From IMG/VR virus record IMGVR_UViG_3300021958_009066: a stretch of 61,225 bases of DNA; one strand, given 5' to 3'. Below the pieces are notes generated by a model. It had not been told where the DNA came from. It ran no database searches and was given only the letters and a program-made list of their open reading frames with translations. Below, piece after piece: positions 9,895 to 18,534 of this stretch. Position 1 is the first letter of the stretch. Every line of letters starts with the position of its first letter. Both the position numbers and the translations under genes were made by a program. The DNA comes from an uncultured virus (IMG/VR IMGVR_UViG_3300021958_009066) (Duplodnaviria > Heunggongvirae > Uroviricota > Caudoviricetes).

Positions 9895-10835
9895 TCGAGT
9901 CCGCCTTTAGGACTCTGTAAACCTGTTTTAAATAATAGGGATTTACAAAGATTTTGTATACTTGTAGTTAAACTTACATCAACATGGGGTAGTTCTAGGC
10001 CTAGTCTTTTAATTTTATCGCAATTTAACACGCAGTTTGACCGGTTTGCCTTTAAATTTAATTGTTTTATGTCAACAAACGACCAATTACTATTGGCTAT
10101 ACCATTTTCTTTGAAAATTTCTACACATTTTTTGATAGAAGCTGCTCCTGGGTTACATACATTATATAATCCGGGTTTCACGGCACGGTTCCATGGTAGT
10201 GTGTTTGATTCGTTGTTAATCTTTACAATAAACTTATCGATAAATTCAACTAGATCTTCAATTCTAGTCATGGAGTTAGGAAATTCAATAAGGTTATCGT
10301 ACTTGAGCACCTTGTTGAGAAAATTACGTTCGTGGTTTTGATCACAAAACGGCATTCTGATGCGTAGTATATACGCGTCGGATTTTTTTAATGCGATTTC
10401 CGCGGCATGTTTTGTTTTACTGTACCAGCTACTTTCTTCAGAAGCTAAGCCAAAATTAGGTTCATCCTTTTCATTATAGTCTTTATCATACCCTCCATAA
10501 ATACAACCGCTACTAATGTGTATGTAAGGGATATCTAATGTTTTACATATTGTGGCCATTGTTACTGGAAGATTTACGTTGAGGTCCCAGCAACGTGTTT
10601 TATCATCCTCACACCCATCTACATTTGGTTTACCTGTATAACCACATGCATTGATTACATAATCAACTTCCCATAGATCGTTTTTTAGTATTTCTATTAA
10701 GTTCTCCGGTTGGTCATATTGATGATCTGCTTTGTTGTATACAACAACATCATACCTATCTACATTTAAATTTTTTAACGCGGTACCCACAAAACCGGAA
10801 CCGAATACTGCAATGTTTGTTCTTTTTTTACCCAT
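9879..10835 (-). CDS. NDP-4-keto-6-deoxyglucose reductase, RmlD/NRS-ER-like
   Basis: GSGFVG, NACGYTGKPNVDGCE, SSGCIY, YSKTK, LRIRMP. Confidence 0.85.
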   Translation of the reverse strand: MGKKRTNIAVFGSGFVGTALKNLNVDRYDVVVYNKADHQYDQPENLIEILKNDLWEVDYVINACGYTGKPNVDGCEDDKTRCWDLNVNLPVTMATICKTLDIPYIHISSGCIYGGYDKDYNEKDEPNFGLASEESSWYSKTKHAAEIALKKSDAYILRIRMPFCDQNHERNFLNKVLKYDNLIEFPNSMTRIEDLVEFIDKFIVKINNESNTLPWNRAVKPGLYNVCNPGAASIKKCVEIFKENGIANSNWSFVDIKQLNLKANRSNCVLNCDKIKRLGLELPHVDVSLTTSIQNLCKSLLFKTGLQSPKGGLEWQIK

Positions 10836-10876
10836 ACAATATGGTATAATATATTTTTTAATAAATCAACTTTATA

Positions 10877-11236
10877 TTACAATATAGGTGGATATTTTGG
10901 TCCGTTATTTACATTATTAATTATAAATTTATTTAACGCTGCACTAAGTGAGTCTGCCGATTGTTCATCTCTTGCGTTAACTAAGCTTATAAACTCTCGC
11001 GTGTCTTGAGAGTAACCTATTAATATAAAGCTGTTTAAATATTGGCTCAGTAAATGTTCTAATGATTTTACGTTTTTGAGCGAATTATTTTTTTTACCAG
11101 CATGTGTCTTTAAAAATTTTGTTAAAGCGTCTTCAAATAGAGGGTCAAGTTCTTCAGACAGGGTAGGTTCTTGAGGTTTCTTAACTTGTTTCTTCCTGTA
11201 AGACCTCTTTGATGGGGTTGGCTTGTCCTCTGTCAT
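10877..11236 (-). CDS. Hypothetical protein
   Basis: CATAAATA 11243-11250 upstream. Confidence 0.6.
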   Translation of the reverse strand: MTEDKPTPSKRSYRKKQVKKPQEPTLSEELDPLFEDALTKFLKTHAGKKNNSLKNVKSLEHLLSQYLNSFILIGYSQDTREFISLVNARDEQSADSLSAALNKFIINNVNNGPKYPPIL

Positions 11237-11582
11237 TGTACTTATTTATGTCTATGAGCGAGGAATCAAAGGTCTCACTGTTTTCTATACCAAATTGTAA
11301 CAGGTTGTTTATAAACGTTTGTACACTAGCTGTTTTAATTATAAAATTTCTAGGTATACGAACACCCCCATCGTTTATTTCAAAGCAAACGTCTTTTAGC
11401 TCTTCTCTATTCAAGTAACATGTCACCCAAACAGAATAACCACCAGGGTCAATCAACATAGTCCAGTATCTACTGTCGTGTGGACCGTATTTGTCAAATA
11501 TTTTCCAAATACCATAGCCATTATCTTTCATTCTCTTCATGAAATAGCTTGGTGTGTAAATGTTGTTTTTTGTTGCTACCAT
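11181..11582 (-). CDS. Hypothetical protein
   Basis: Likely start ATG 11582, coupled to clamp stop (TAATG). Confidence 0.6.
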   Translation of the reverse strand: MVATKNNIYTPSYFMKRMKDNGYGIWKIFDKYGPHDSRYWTMLIDPGGYSVWVTCYLNREELKDVCFEINDGGVRIPRNFIIKTASVQTFINNLLQFGIENSETFDSSLIDINKYNDRGQANPIKEVLQEETS

Positions 11583-12313
11583 TATTTTATAAGTGCTGAT
11601 ATTATATAAGTTATATAACAATCTTCCAGTGCAATATCCACTCGTATCACACTCATTTGTGTGTTTATTCTAAATTTGATTTTTTCGCATCTAGTGCTGC
11701 TAATTATCCTCACATTTTCAAAATTGAAAGCTAGTGGTTGGAATGTCTTATCTTGAACTTCATCGGTCAAACGGATGCAAAAACTGTCCATATTTGGTTT
11801 CTCTCGATCTGTTAGTTCACCATATATATAACCATCTGATGTATATATGTATAATTTCTCAGACTCGTTAGAAAACGTACTACCTTTGACTAACTCTAGT
11901 AATTTACTATGTGGTAATGTGAATTCTGAGTCATATTCAAGACTTTTTATCTTCTCTACACTTATAGGTGGGGGTGACAGTATACCATCATCCAATAAAT
12001 AGAATTTGAACCTAGTATCTGGTGATTTGTATGATAAACAACTATCGCTTGCATCTATTTCAAATTCTTCTGTATTGATACAGCTTATTATTTTATGTAA
12101 ACGTTTTATATCCGGTACATTCAATGTTGTTTCAAAGTTATTATCATTTTTGAACCTCACATATTGAATTAATGTACCATCAGAGGTTGAACCTAATGAA
12201 TTCAACTGGGTTGGTGTTATGTTTATAATACAATCTTCAACAACTTTACCTATTGTGTTTAAAAAGTTGTTTGTGAAACTTGTACCTTTTTGTATTTTTA
12301 ATTTGTTACTCAT
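11582..12313 (-). CDS. gp45: Sliding clamp, gp45-like
   Basis: 243 aa, clamp-like beta-rich pattern (LNVPDIKRL, ITYIISAL C-terminus), replication context. Confidence 0.7.
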   Translation of the reverse strand: MSNKLKIQKGTSFTNNFLNTIGKVVEDCIINITPTQLNSLGSTSDGTLIQYVRFKNDNNFETTLNVPDIKRLHKIISCINTEEFEIDASDSCLSYKSPDTRFKFYLLDDGILSPPPISVEKIKSLEYDSEFTLPHSKLLELVKGSTFSNESEKLYIYTSDGYIYGELTDREKPNMDSFCIRLTDEVQDKTFQPLAFNFENVRIISSTRCEKIKFRINTQMSVIRVDIALEDCYITYIISALIK

Positions 12314-12965
12314 CTTCTACATACTCAATTGTAATGGACTTTGTTTTGCTTTTCAACAGTTTTGTCAGTGAGTTCCATGCTTTTGAGATAGTAGGTGCAC
12401 TAAATGTTTTAGAGTCGTGAGTTATGAGCCATTTACCTTTGACTGTTTTTAATTTTACAAATTCGTCATAAACCCTTTTTATATCTTTAACTTGTTCTTT
12501 GAGTTGATCAATTTCATGTTTCAATATCAAAGAATCACCAGGCGATGTTGTAAGTTGTTGAGGTGGAAAGTCCATTTCTTGACCAGGTACAGGTGGTAGT
12601 GGTATTGCTTGTGGTGCTACTGGTTGTTGCGGTTGCTGAGGTTGCTGAGGTTGCTGAGGTTGCTGAGGTTGCTGTACAACAGGTACGCCTTTAGCAATGC
12701 TTCTCACATTCATAATCTCTTTAGCAGCATCCATTTTTACTGCTTTTGTAAATTTGTTGTCCCCTATATTATTATTTTCTATTCTCTTAGCTTCACCATA
12801 TATACCTCCAATAAAATTCTCAATCAAACTTACATCTTGTGGACGTAGTTCTTGTCTAGCGGGGGTATATTCTTTACCATCTACAACTGCACCTGTAGAT
12901 GGTGGTGGTGGTTGATGTAGTTTAGGTTGTTCCGGTTGGATTTTTTGAGTTTCTTCTGACATCAC
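12306..12965 (-). CDS. Hypothetical P/Q-rich protein
   Basis: Between gp32 and clamp; (QQP)6 tract. Confidence 0.65.
   Translation of the reverse strand: MMSEETQKIQPEQPKLHQPPPPSTGAVVDGKEYTPARQELRPQDVSLIENFIGGIYGEAKRIENNNIGDNKFTKAVKMDAAKEIMNVRSIAKGVPVVQQPQQPQQPQQPQQPQQPVAPQAIPLPPVPGQEMDFPPQQLTTSPGDSLILKHEIDQLKEQVKDIKRVYDEFVKLKTVKGKWLITHDSKTFSAPTISKAWNSLTKLLKSKTKSITIEYVEDE
12622..12674 (-). repeat. 9-bp coding tandem repeat (QQP)n
   Basis: GGTTGCTGA repeated. Confidence 0.85.
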
Positions 12966-13840
12966 AAATCTTCTAAACCTTCTAATAGATCGTCCGGAAT
13001 GTCGATATCAGCTTCTTTTTTAGGTTCTTTTTTAGGCTCTTTTTTCGCAACCGGGGTATCAAAATCCATTGGTACATCTTCCTCTAAATCAGCGTCATTA
13101 GAGCTAGCTCCTACAACATTATCAACAACAACACTAGTGGTTGTCTGACAGTACAGGTGCTCATTTACAACTTCTTGTAACTCATCATATGACTTTACAG
13201 GAAACACATCATTGAGGGTGATGGCTTGATCATAAATTTTACTTGCATCGGATTCCTTAAGTCCCGGGACACCGGCTGGTATCAAGAACTTACTTGCTAC
13301 ATATGTAGGAAAATCTCCTTGCTTGTCACATCTAACTCGAAAACTGCATCCGTTTTCTGACAAATCGAATACCCTAGCACCGAACTGATCAGCATCTTCA
13401 CCTTCAATAGCATCTGTTATGATCTTGTGAAGTTGTTTACCGTACCGTAAAATTTTTACAGAATCATTGTTTTCAGACTCTTCTGAATGATTAATAACGT
13501 ATGTATTAACGAGCCATTGTTCTCGTCTCATCACTTTGTTTGACTTTTCTTGGTCTTCAGCTGAGCCTTGTCTCATTTTGTAACGCGCCTCGCTTACTGG
13601 GCAACGCTCACCAATTGTTTGTGGCGATACTACATTTATATATTGACCGGTAGCAAAGCTTTCCCAGCCATATGTATAGTAATGGTAGAATGTTTCTGCC
13701 GGTTTTTTGACATTTGGTAATAGTCTTAACTCGCAGCTAGTACCTGGTTTAAATTTTAATACGTCTTTGAATCCAGACGACGGGGCTTTTGATAGTGATT
13801 CTTTGATAGAATCAAACATGCTTGTTGTGAATGCGCTCAT
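12962..13840 (-). CDS. gp32: Single-stranded DNA-binding protein
   Basis: LRLLP, ERCPV, VKILRYGKQLHKII, FPTYVASKF, acidic tail. Confidence 0.88.
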   Translation of the reverse strand: MSAFTTSMFDSIKESLSKAPSSGFKDVLKFKPGTSCELRLLPNVKKPAETFYHYYTYGWESFATGQYINVVSPQTIGERCPVSEARYKMRQGSAEDQEKSNKVMRREQWLVNTYVINHSEESENNDSVKILRYGKQLHKIITDAIEGEDADQFGARVFDLSENGCSFRVRCDKQGDFPTYVASKFLIPAGVPGLKESDASKIYDQAITLNDVFPVKSYDELQEVVNEHLYCQTTTSVVVDNVVGASSNDADLEEDVPMDFDTPVAKKEPKKEPKKEADIDIPDDLLEGLEDL

Positions 13841-13870
13841 ATTTCTATTATATTATATTTTTATTTTTTT

Positions 13871-14155
13871 TCAACGGTTTTTATTTATATATCTTTTAAT
13901 GTATTTGCTTTTTTGTAAACTTGGTTCTATGGTTAGAAAACTTCTAACAGCATCATATTTTGTCTTATGATCACATAGTTCTATAAAAATGTCAAGTAAA
14001 TTTTCATCATTTAATACTTCAATGAATATACTTGCGATATTCATTTTTTTATTGTTGTGCATAGATACGAAACTACAAAAACTATAAAAAGCGTGTTCTA
14101 AATCCTGATTATACAAAGTAGTTATCGGATCTATATCTGTACTTTCGATTAACAT
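13871..14155 (-). CDS. Hypothetical protein
   Basis: Operon tiling upstream of gp32. Confidence 0.6.
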   Translation of the reverse strand: MLIESTDIDPITTLYNQDLEHAFYSFCSFVSMHNNKKMNIASIFIEVLNDENLLDIFIELCDHKTKYDAVRSFLTIEPSLQKSKYIKRYINKNR

Positions 14156-15042
14156 ATGTTTATAGGTTTAAATAATTTGCTCAATTCTAAAAATTTCTCT
14201 GTACATACACCACCAGCTGCAGCTTCGTGACCTCCTCCATCTAGCAATACTTGAGCTAATTTACCCACATCTACTGTACATTCTTTACTTTTTCTCACAC
14301 TAACTCTGTTTGTTTCTGTATTGATTACAAACCCTATATCAGCATGCATATCATCCACTAGATAATTACCAATATCACTGATCAGTGTACTAGCAAAAGT
14401 GCTTATACATTTACGCTTTTTACCTTGTATAGCTACGTGGGCTTGATGGTATGCAAGGTTGGTTACTGTTTTTTCTAACTTACGTTCATAAAAATCTATA
14501 GTTTTGGTTTGCTGGTCATTAAATCCTTTGAAACCGAATTGAAAGTCTTTGAGAAATTTTTCCAACCGGTCACCTTGGTAGTTCCAGAATAGATAATTTA
14601 ATTTTTTACTCTGTGGGTACTTGTGTGTCCAACTATCATAATCATCTACAAGTAACAATAGTTTCTTTTGGTTATCATCTATAACATCATCAAGCTTGTG
14701 TTTGTATAATTTATACAACAATTTAGCGCAACTAGGGTACTCTTGTACTACTGCTTTAGCGTGTTTATACTTATCTCTGCTAGGTACATGTGTTTTGTGA
14801 TGGTCAACTATAACAACATTAGGTAAATCAATTAGTTCTAATGATTGTGAAACGTCGAGGTCTAAAATTATAATCTTATTATAATCTTCAACTTTATTTT
14901 TTCTTTTCCAAGCTGTAAAATCATCATGAAATTTAGTGACTGTTGTTACTTTGTATGGTAATGTACTTTTGAGAGCCCATTTCAGTAACAAATAGCTCAT
15001 GCTACCATCTAGATCTGCATCTGTAAACACTATATTTTTCAC
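14149..15042 (-). CDS. DHH/DHHA1 phosphoesterase
   Basis: TDADLDG, ILDLD, VDHH, GGGHEAAAG. Confidence 0.92.
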   Translation of the reverse strand: MKNIVFTDADLDGSMSYLLLKWALKSTLPYKVTTVTKFHDDFTAWKRKNKVEDYNKIIILDLDVSQSLELIDLPNVVIVDHHKTHVPSRDKYKHAKAVVQEYPSCAKLLYKLYKHKLDDVIDDNQKKLLLLVDDYDSWTHKYPQSKKLNYLFWNYQGDRLEKFLKDFQFGFKGFNDQQTKTIDFYERKLEKTVTNLAYHQAHVAIQGKKRKCISTFASTLISDIGNYLVDDMHADIGFVINTETNRVSVRKSKECTVDVGKLAQVLLDGGGHEAAAGGVCTEKFLELSKLFKPINIC

Positions 15043-15076
15043 GTTAGCTAATATTTATGTAGATATTTTTTGTAAA

Positions 15077-16399
15077 TCAATCACTTAATATAGACAGTGT
15101 TCCTATAGTTTCACTCATCTGTTCTGTTTCATTTACAGTTTCTTGTTCAGTTACAGTTAATGTACCATAGTCTATGTTCATAGCACATGTACCAAAGTTT
15201 GGTCCGAATCGGTTTTTCATCATGCCCATGTTGATCACATTCAATTCTGCATCTTCATCGCGTTGCCAGATACTCACAACACAGTCAGCAGTGGCTCCCA
15301 TGCCGTAACTCTCACCTACTGATTCAAGACCCGGGTCTGTTTCATTGTAACCGGAGCGGTTTAGCTGTGTTGCTGTTATGATTGGACATTCAAACTTGTA
15401 TGATATTGCTCTTACTTGTTCTGTTATCTTCTTTATCTGTTCATAACTGCTACTACCAGCAGGTCCCTTGAGCAAATTGATATAATCTAACACGATTGCA
15501 TCCGGTTTCATCACTGTCTGTGATAGTTTTTTAATATATGCAGTCAATTGTTGAGGTGTTATTGTGCTCGGGGGGAATTCTTTTACTACTAATTGAGCAT
15601 CAGAATGTTTTGTTTTGAAGCTTTTGACACTTTCTTTGAGAAAATCTGTACTCAAATGAGCTTCGTTGATAGGTACTTGCGCGATGTTTGAACTGAGCCT
15701 CTTAGCATACAACATTTCAGACATTTCTAAAGAGACAAGTAATACCTTTTTGTTCTGTTTGCATAGATTTGTGGCTATGTTACCTAAAAATATACTCTTA
15801 CCTACATTTGTTTCACCAGCCAACACATACAACGCGCGGCCGTTTTGTAAGAAACCACCATTAAGCTTTTTATCTAACCAATCCCAGCCGGTGCTCATGT
15901 ATTTTTCTTCCCTCAACATGTCATCAACATGTAAATCTACATCATCTAAATACCGAATACCTACATCAACATTCAAATTTATATTACATGCAGTTTCAAA
16001 TTTAGTTAATAGTTCGCTAGGTTCTAGTTCTCCTGAGGAGCCACGATCAACAACATCTAATAATGTTGTATATACTGCACGTTCTTTTATAAATTGTTCT
16101 GTATTTTTGTAGAGTTCATCTTTGTTATAATCTTTGTCTAAATTTTTAATGTAATTTACGACATTTCTTACCGCTGTTTTAAGCTCTTCCGTATTACATC
16201 TTGTTTTTATTTCTGTAGATGTAGGTAACTCTCCATGCTCAATATAAAACTCTGATAACAGTACATATGTTTGCTTTATACTCGGGTCTTTTAAGTGTTC
16301 AGGTTTTAAATAATCAATTATACTAGCCAGGTACCTATCATCCGACATACAATTATGTATGAGCACATGCTCAAACAATTGATCATCTATACCAATCAT
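15077..16399 (-). CDS. gp41: Replicative DNA helicase
   Basis: AGETNVGKS, SLEMSE, VLDYINLL, TATQLNR, KNRFG. Confidence 0.95.
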   Translation of the reverse strand: MIGIDDQLFEHVLIHNCMSDDRYLASIIDYLKPEHLKDPSIKQTYVLLSEFYIEHGELPTSTEIKTRCNTEELKTAVRNVVNYIKNLDKDYNKDELYKNTEQFIKERAVYTTLLDVVDRGSSGELEPSELLTKFETACNINLNVDVGIRYLDDVDLHVDDMLREEKYMSTGWDWLDKKLNGGFLQNGRALYVLAGETNVGKSIFLGNIATNLCKQNKKVLLVSLEMSEMLYAKRLSSNIAQVPINEAHLSTDFLKESVKSFKTKHSDAQLVVKEFPPSTITPQQLTAYIKKLSQTVMKPDAIVLDYINLLKGPAGSSSYEQIKKITEQVRAISYKFECPIITATQLNRSGYNETDPGLESVGESYGMGATADCVVSIWQRDEDAELNVINMGMMKNRFGPNFGTCAMNIDYGTLTVTEQETVNETEQMSETIGTLSILSD

Positions 16400-17101
16400 T
16401 TACCCGTACAGTTCTAAAAATTTATCCGAACTTGCTTTCCAGACAGGGTCTTCAAGAGATGCTAAACCGGGTGAGTCATGTATCGTATGTATCATACACG
16501 TACCCATCTTCATTTGCTTCTCATTAGCATCCAAGCATGCAGCTATATCATAATGGTGAAACTCAAATGCTTCATTGAATCTCCAGCCAGTTTCCCTAGC
16601 ACGTTTTATATTTACCGCTAAAAATAGACCATCTAAAACTAGACATCTTTGAGGTGTAGGACCGTAAGTCGTTGACATCACTTGGTTAGTATTGTTACCA
16701 TATGGATGAAAAACGGTCCCGCTCCATGTTTTACGGTCGCTCATCAAGTGCCACAAAGTTGGTTTATCATTTGAAATATTACATGTACTAGCACCTGCTA
16801 AACCAACAATATCATAATTATCTACAAACATAGATTTATACAATTTACCCCGTATTTTTGGGTCATCAATATACAAATCATCATGACAAAAGATTACAAT
16901 ATCATGTTTCTTTTCTATCTTTTTAGTGAAAAAATCATTGTATACCTTAGGTAAACCTTTTTTATTCTCCTTAATGAATCTAAAGTTCGCTTGATTATTA
17001 AGTGCATTTCTACAGGCGCCTAATCTTGTTTCTTTTTCTTCTTTTTCTTTTGTTGCTGATACAATCAGCAATGGTTTGAGTTCAATTTTTGTGTTGCTCA
17101 T
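16400..17101 (-). CDS. GT-A fold glycosyltransferase-like protein
   Basis: GLPKVYN, FCHDDL, LDGLFLA, FHHYDI. Confidence 0.8.
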   Translation of the reverse strand: MSNTKIELKPLLIVSATKEKEEKETRLGACRNALNNQANFRFIKENKKGLPKVYNDFFTKKIEKKHDIVIFCHDDLYIDDPKIRGKLYKSMFVDNYDIVGLAGASTCNISNDKPTLWHLMSDRKTWSGTVFHPYGNNTNQVMSTTYGPTPQRCLVLDGLFLAVNIKRARETGWRFNEAFEFHHYDIAACLDANEKQMKMGTCMIHTIHDSPGLASLEDPVWKASSDKFLELYG

Positions 17102-17103
17102 AG

Positions 17104-17787
17104 TTAAAATATAATAAATGATGAGTTGATTTGCAATTGTGAAATTTCAACAAATTTTCTACCATTATATCTGTATAAAATACCTTCTGGTACTGTTTCA
17201 GTATGGTCCATTTTTACAGATGAAAATTCGAAATTATCCGGGTTATAAAACAGTGTGCTCCCAGAGCGGGCTATATATATCAAATTATTAACTTTGTTAT
17301 ATATGAACAGCGCGTATGTACCGGATAGTCTATCTAACACTGATTTTACCACATTGTCTATCAATTCCACATTATCTTTGATTGGTTTGTTTCTAACCAG
17401 ATATTCCATAAATTCTGGAATTATCATAGAGTCAACCTCACATTTGTAACCTTTTAAAAATTCATCTGCTATAGATTGGTAGTTGTTCAATACCCCGTTA
17501 TGAGCCACAATCCAGTTCCGGGTTTCAAATGGGTGTGATGTATCAAATCGGAAATCTCTTACTGAACCAGTTGGGGACTGAGTATGACCCATGTACATGT
17601 TGTAATGACCCACCTGTTCCATTGTAGGGTATATATCATAATTGTTTTCTCCAGAGAATCTTTCTATCTCGTAATCACCAGTGTTGGTTACGAAGAGGTG
17701 CCCGGTAGCGAAATTGCCTCGAGTCACATTTAACTCGTGCAATTGTTTGAAACCTGAATAACTAGTTGATCCGTATATACCGCACAT
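17104..17787 (-). CDS. Class II (Ntn) glutamine amidotransferase
   Basis: N-terminal MCGIYG, RG, SHPF, VAHNGVL, VDS. Confidence 0.9.
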   Translation of the reverse strand: MCGIYGSTSYSGFKQLHELNVTRGNFATGHLFVTNTGDYEIERFSGENNYDIYPTMEQVGHYNMYMGHTQSPTGSVRDFRFDTSHPFETRNWIVAHNGVLNNYQSIADEFLKGYKCEVDSMIIPEFMEYLVRNKPIKDNVELIDNVVKSVLDRLSGTYALFIYNKVNNLIYIARSGSTLFYNPDNFEFSSVKMDHTETVPEGILYRYNGRKFVEISQLQINSSFIIF

Positions 17788-18497
17788 TATATTTCATCAC
17801 ATCCAAACTGTTCCCAGGGTATGTATATAGAGTATGGAACCGGGTCTTGTTTCTTATTATCAATAAACCCCTTTATGCGGCTACTGCACGCAGTGCATTT
17901 GCCACACGCCTCTTCACCGCCTTCATAACATGTCCATGTTTTACTGAAATCTAGACCACAATCTAATCCTAGTTTTATGATCTGTTGTTTTGATTTATCT
18001 ATCAATGGCGCTTCAATTGTAACTCGGTCTCTTCTATTCAGCTCATTTAAATTGTTTATACATTTTAAAAATTCGGGTGTACCGTCCCAGTAACCTGCTT
18101 CACTATCCACTTGAGCTGATCCGTGAAACACTGTATCTGCTCCTACACTCTCCGCGAAGCCTGTGCAAATACTCAACAATATCGTGTTTCTATTAGGAAC
18201 ATAATTGACTGTTTGTGGATCACCCAGTACATCAGCCGTTTTCGCAACATCTATATCATCATTTGTTAGTGAGCTTGTTGAGAACAATTCTTTTATAAAT
18301 TGTACATTTATCACACGATGGCTAGTCACTTGACCTAATATCACATCTGTCGCACTGTCAATTTCACGTTTATGTCTTTGACTATAATCAAACGTGATCG
18401 TGTGTATTTCTTTGAATTCCGGGCGTTGTTTTTTCACATAATATAATATTGTACTTGAATCAATACCACCACTCACAGGAATAACACACTTTCTCAT
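17787..18497 (-). CDS. queC: 7-cyano-7-deazaguanine synthase
   Basis: SGGIDS, FDYSQRH, YVPNRN, TWTCY...CGKCTAC. Confidence 0.93.
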   Translation of the reverse strand: MRKCVIPVSGGIDSSTILYYVKKQRPEFKEIHTITFDYSQRHKREIDSATDVILGQVTSHRVINVQFIKELFSTSSLTNDDIDVAKTADVLGDPQTVNYVPNRNTILLSICTGFAESVGADTVFHGSAQVDSEAGYWDGTPEFLKCINNLNELNRRDRVTIEAPLIDKSKQQIIKLGLDCGLDFSKTWTCYEGGEEACGKCTACSSRIKGFIDNKKQDPVPYSIYIPWEQFGCDEI

Positions 18498-18503
18498 ATG
18501 TTA

Positions 18504-18532
18504 ATTATAGCTTATTAGATTAAATAATTCAA
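18504..18532 (-). promoter_or_regulatory. Sigma70-type promoter of queC operon
   Basis: TTGAAT-N17-TATAAT-N6-ATG. Confidence 0.75.
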
Positions 18533-18534
18533 GC

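Noticed and set aside
12622..12674. QQP repeat as a contingency or phase-variation locus
   Set aside because: In-frame 9-bp unit cannot shift frame; most likely a flexible linker.
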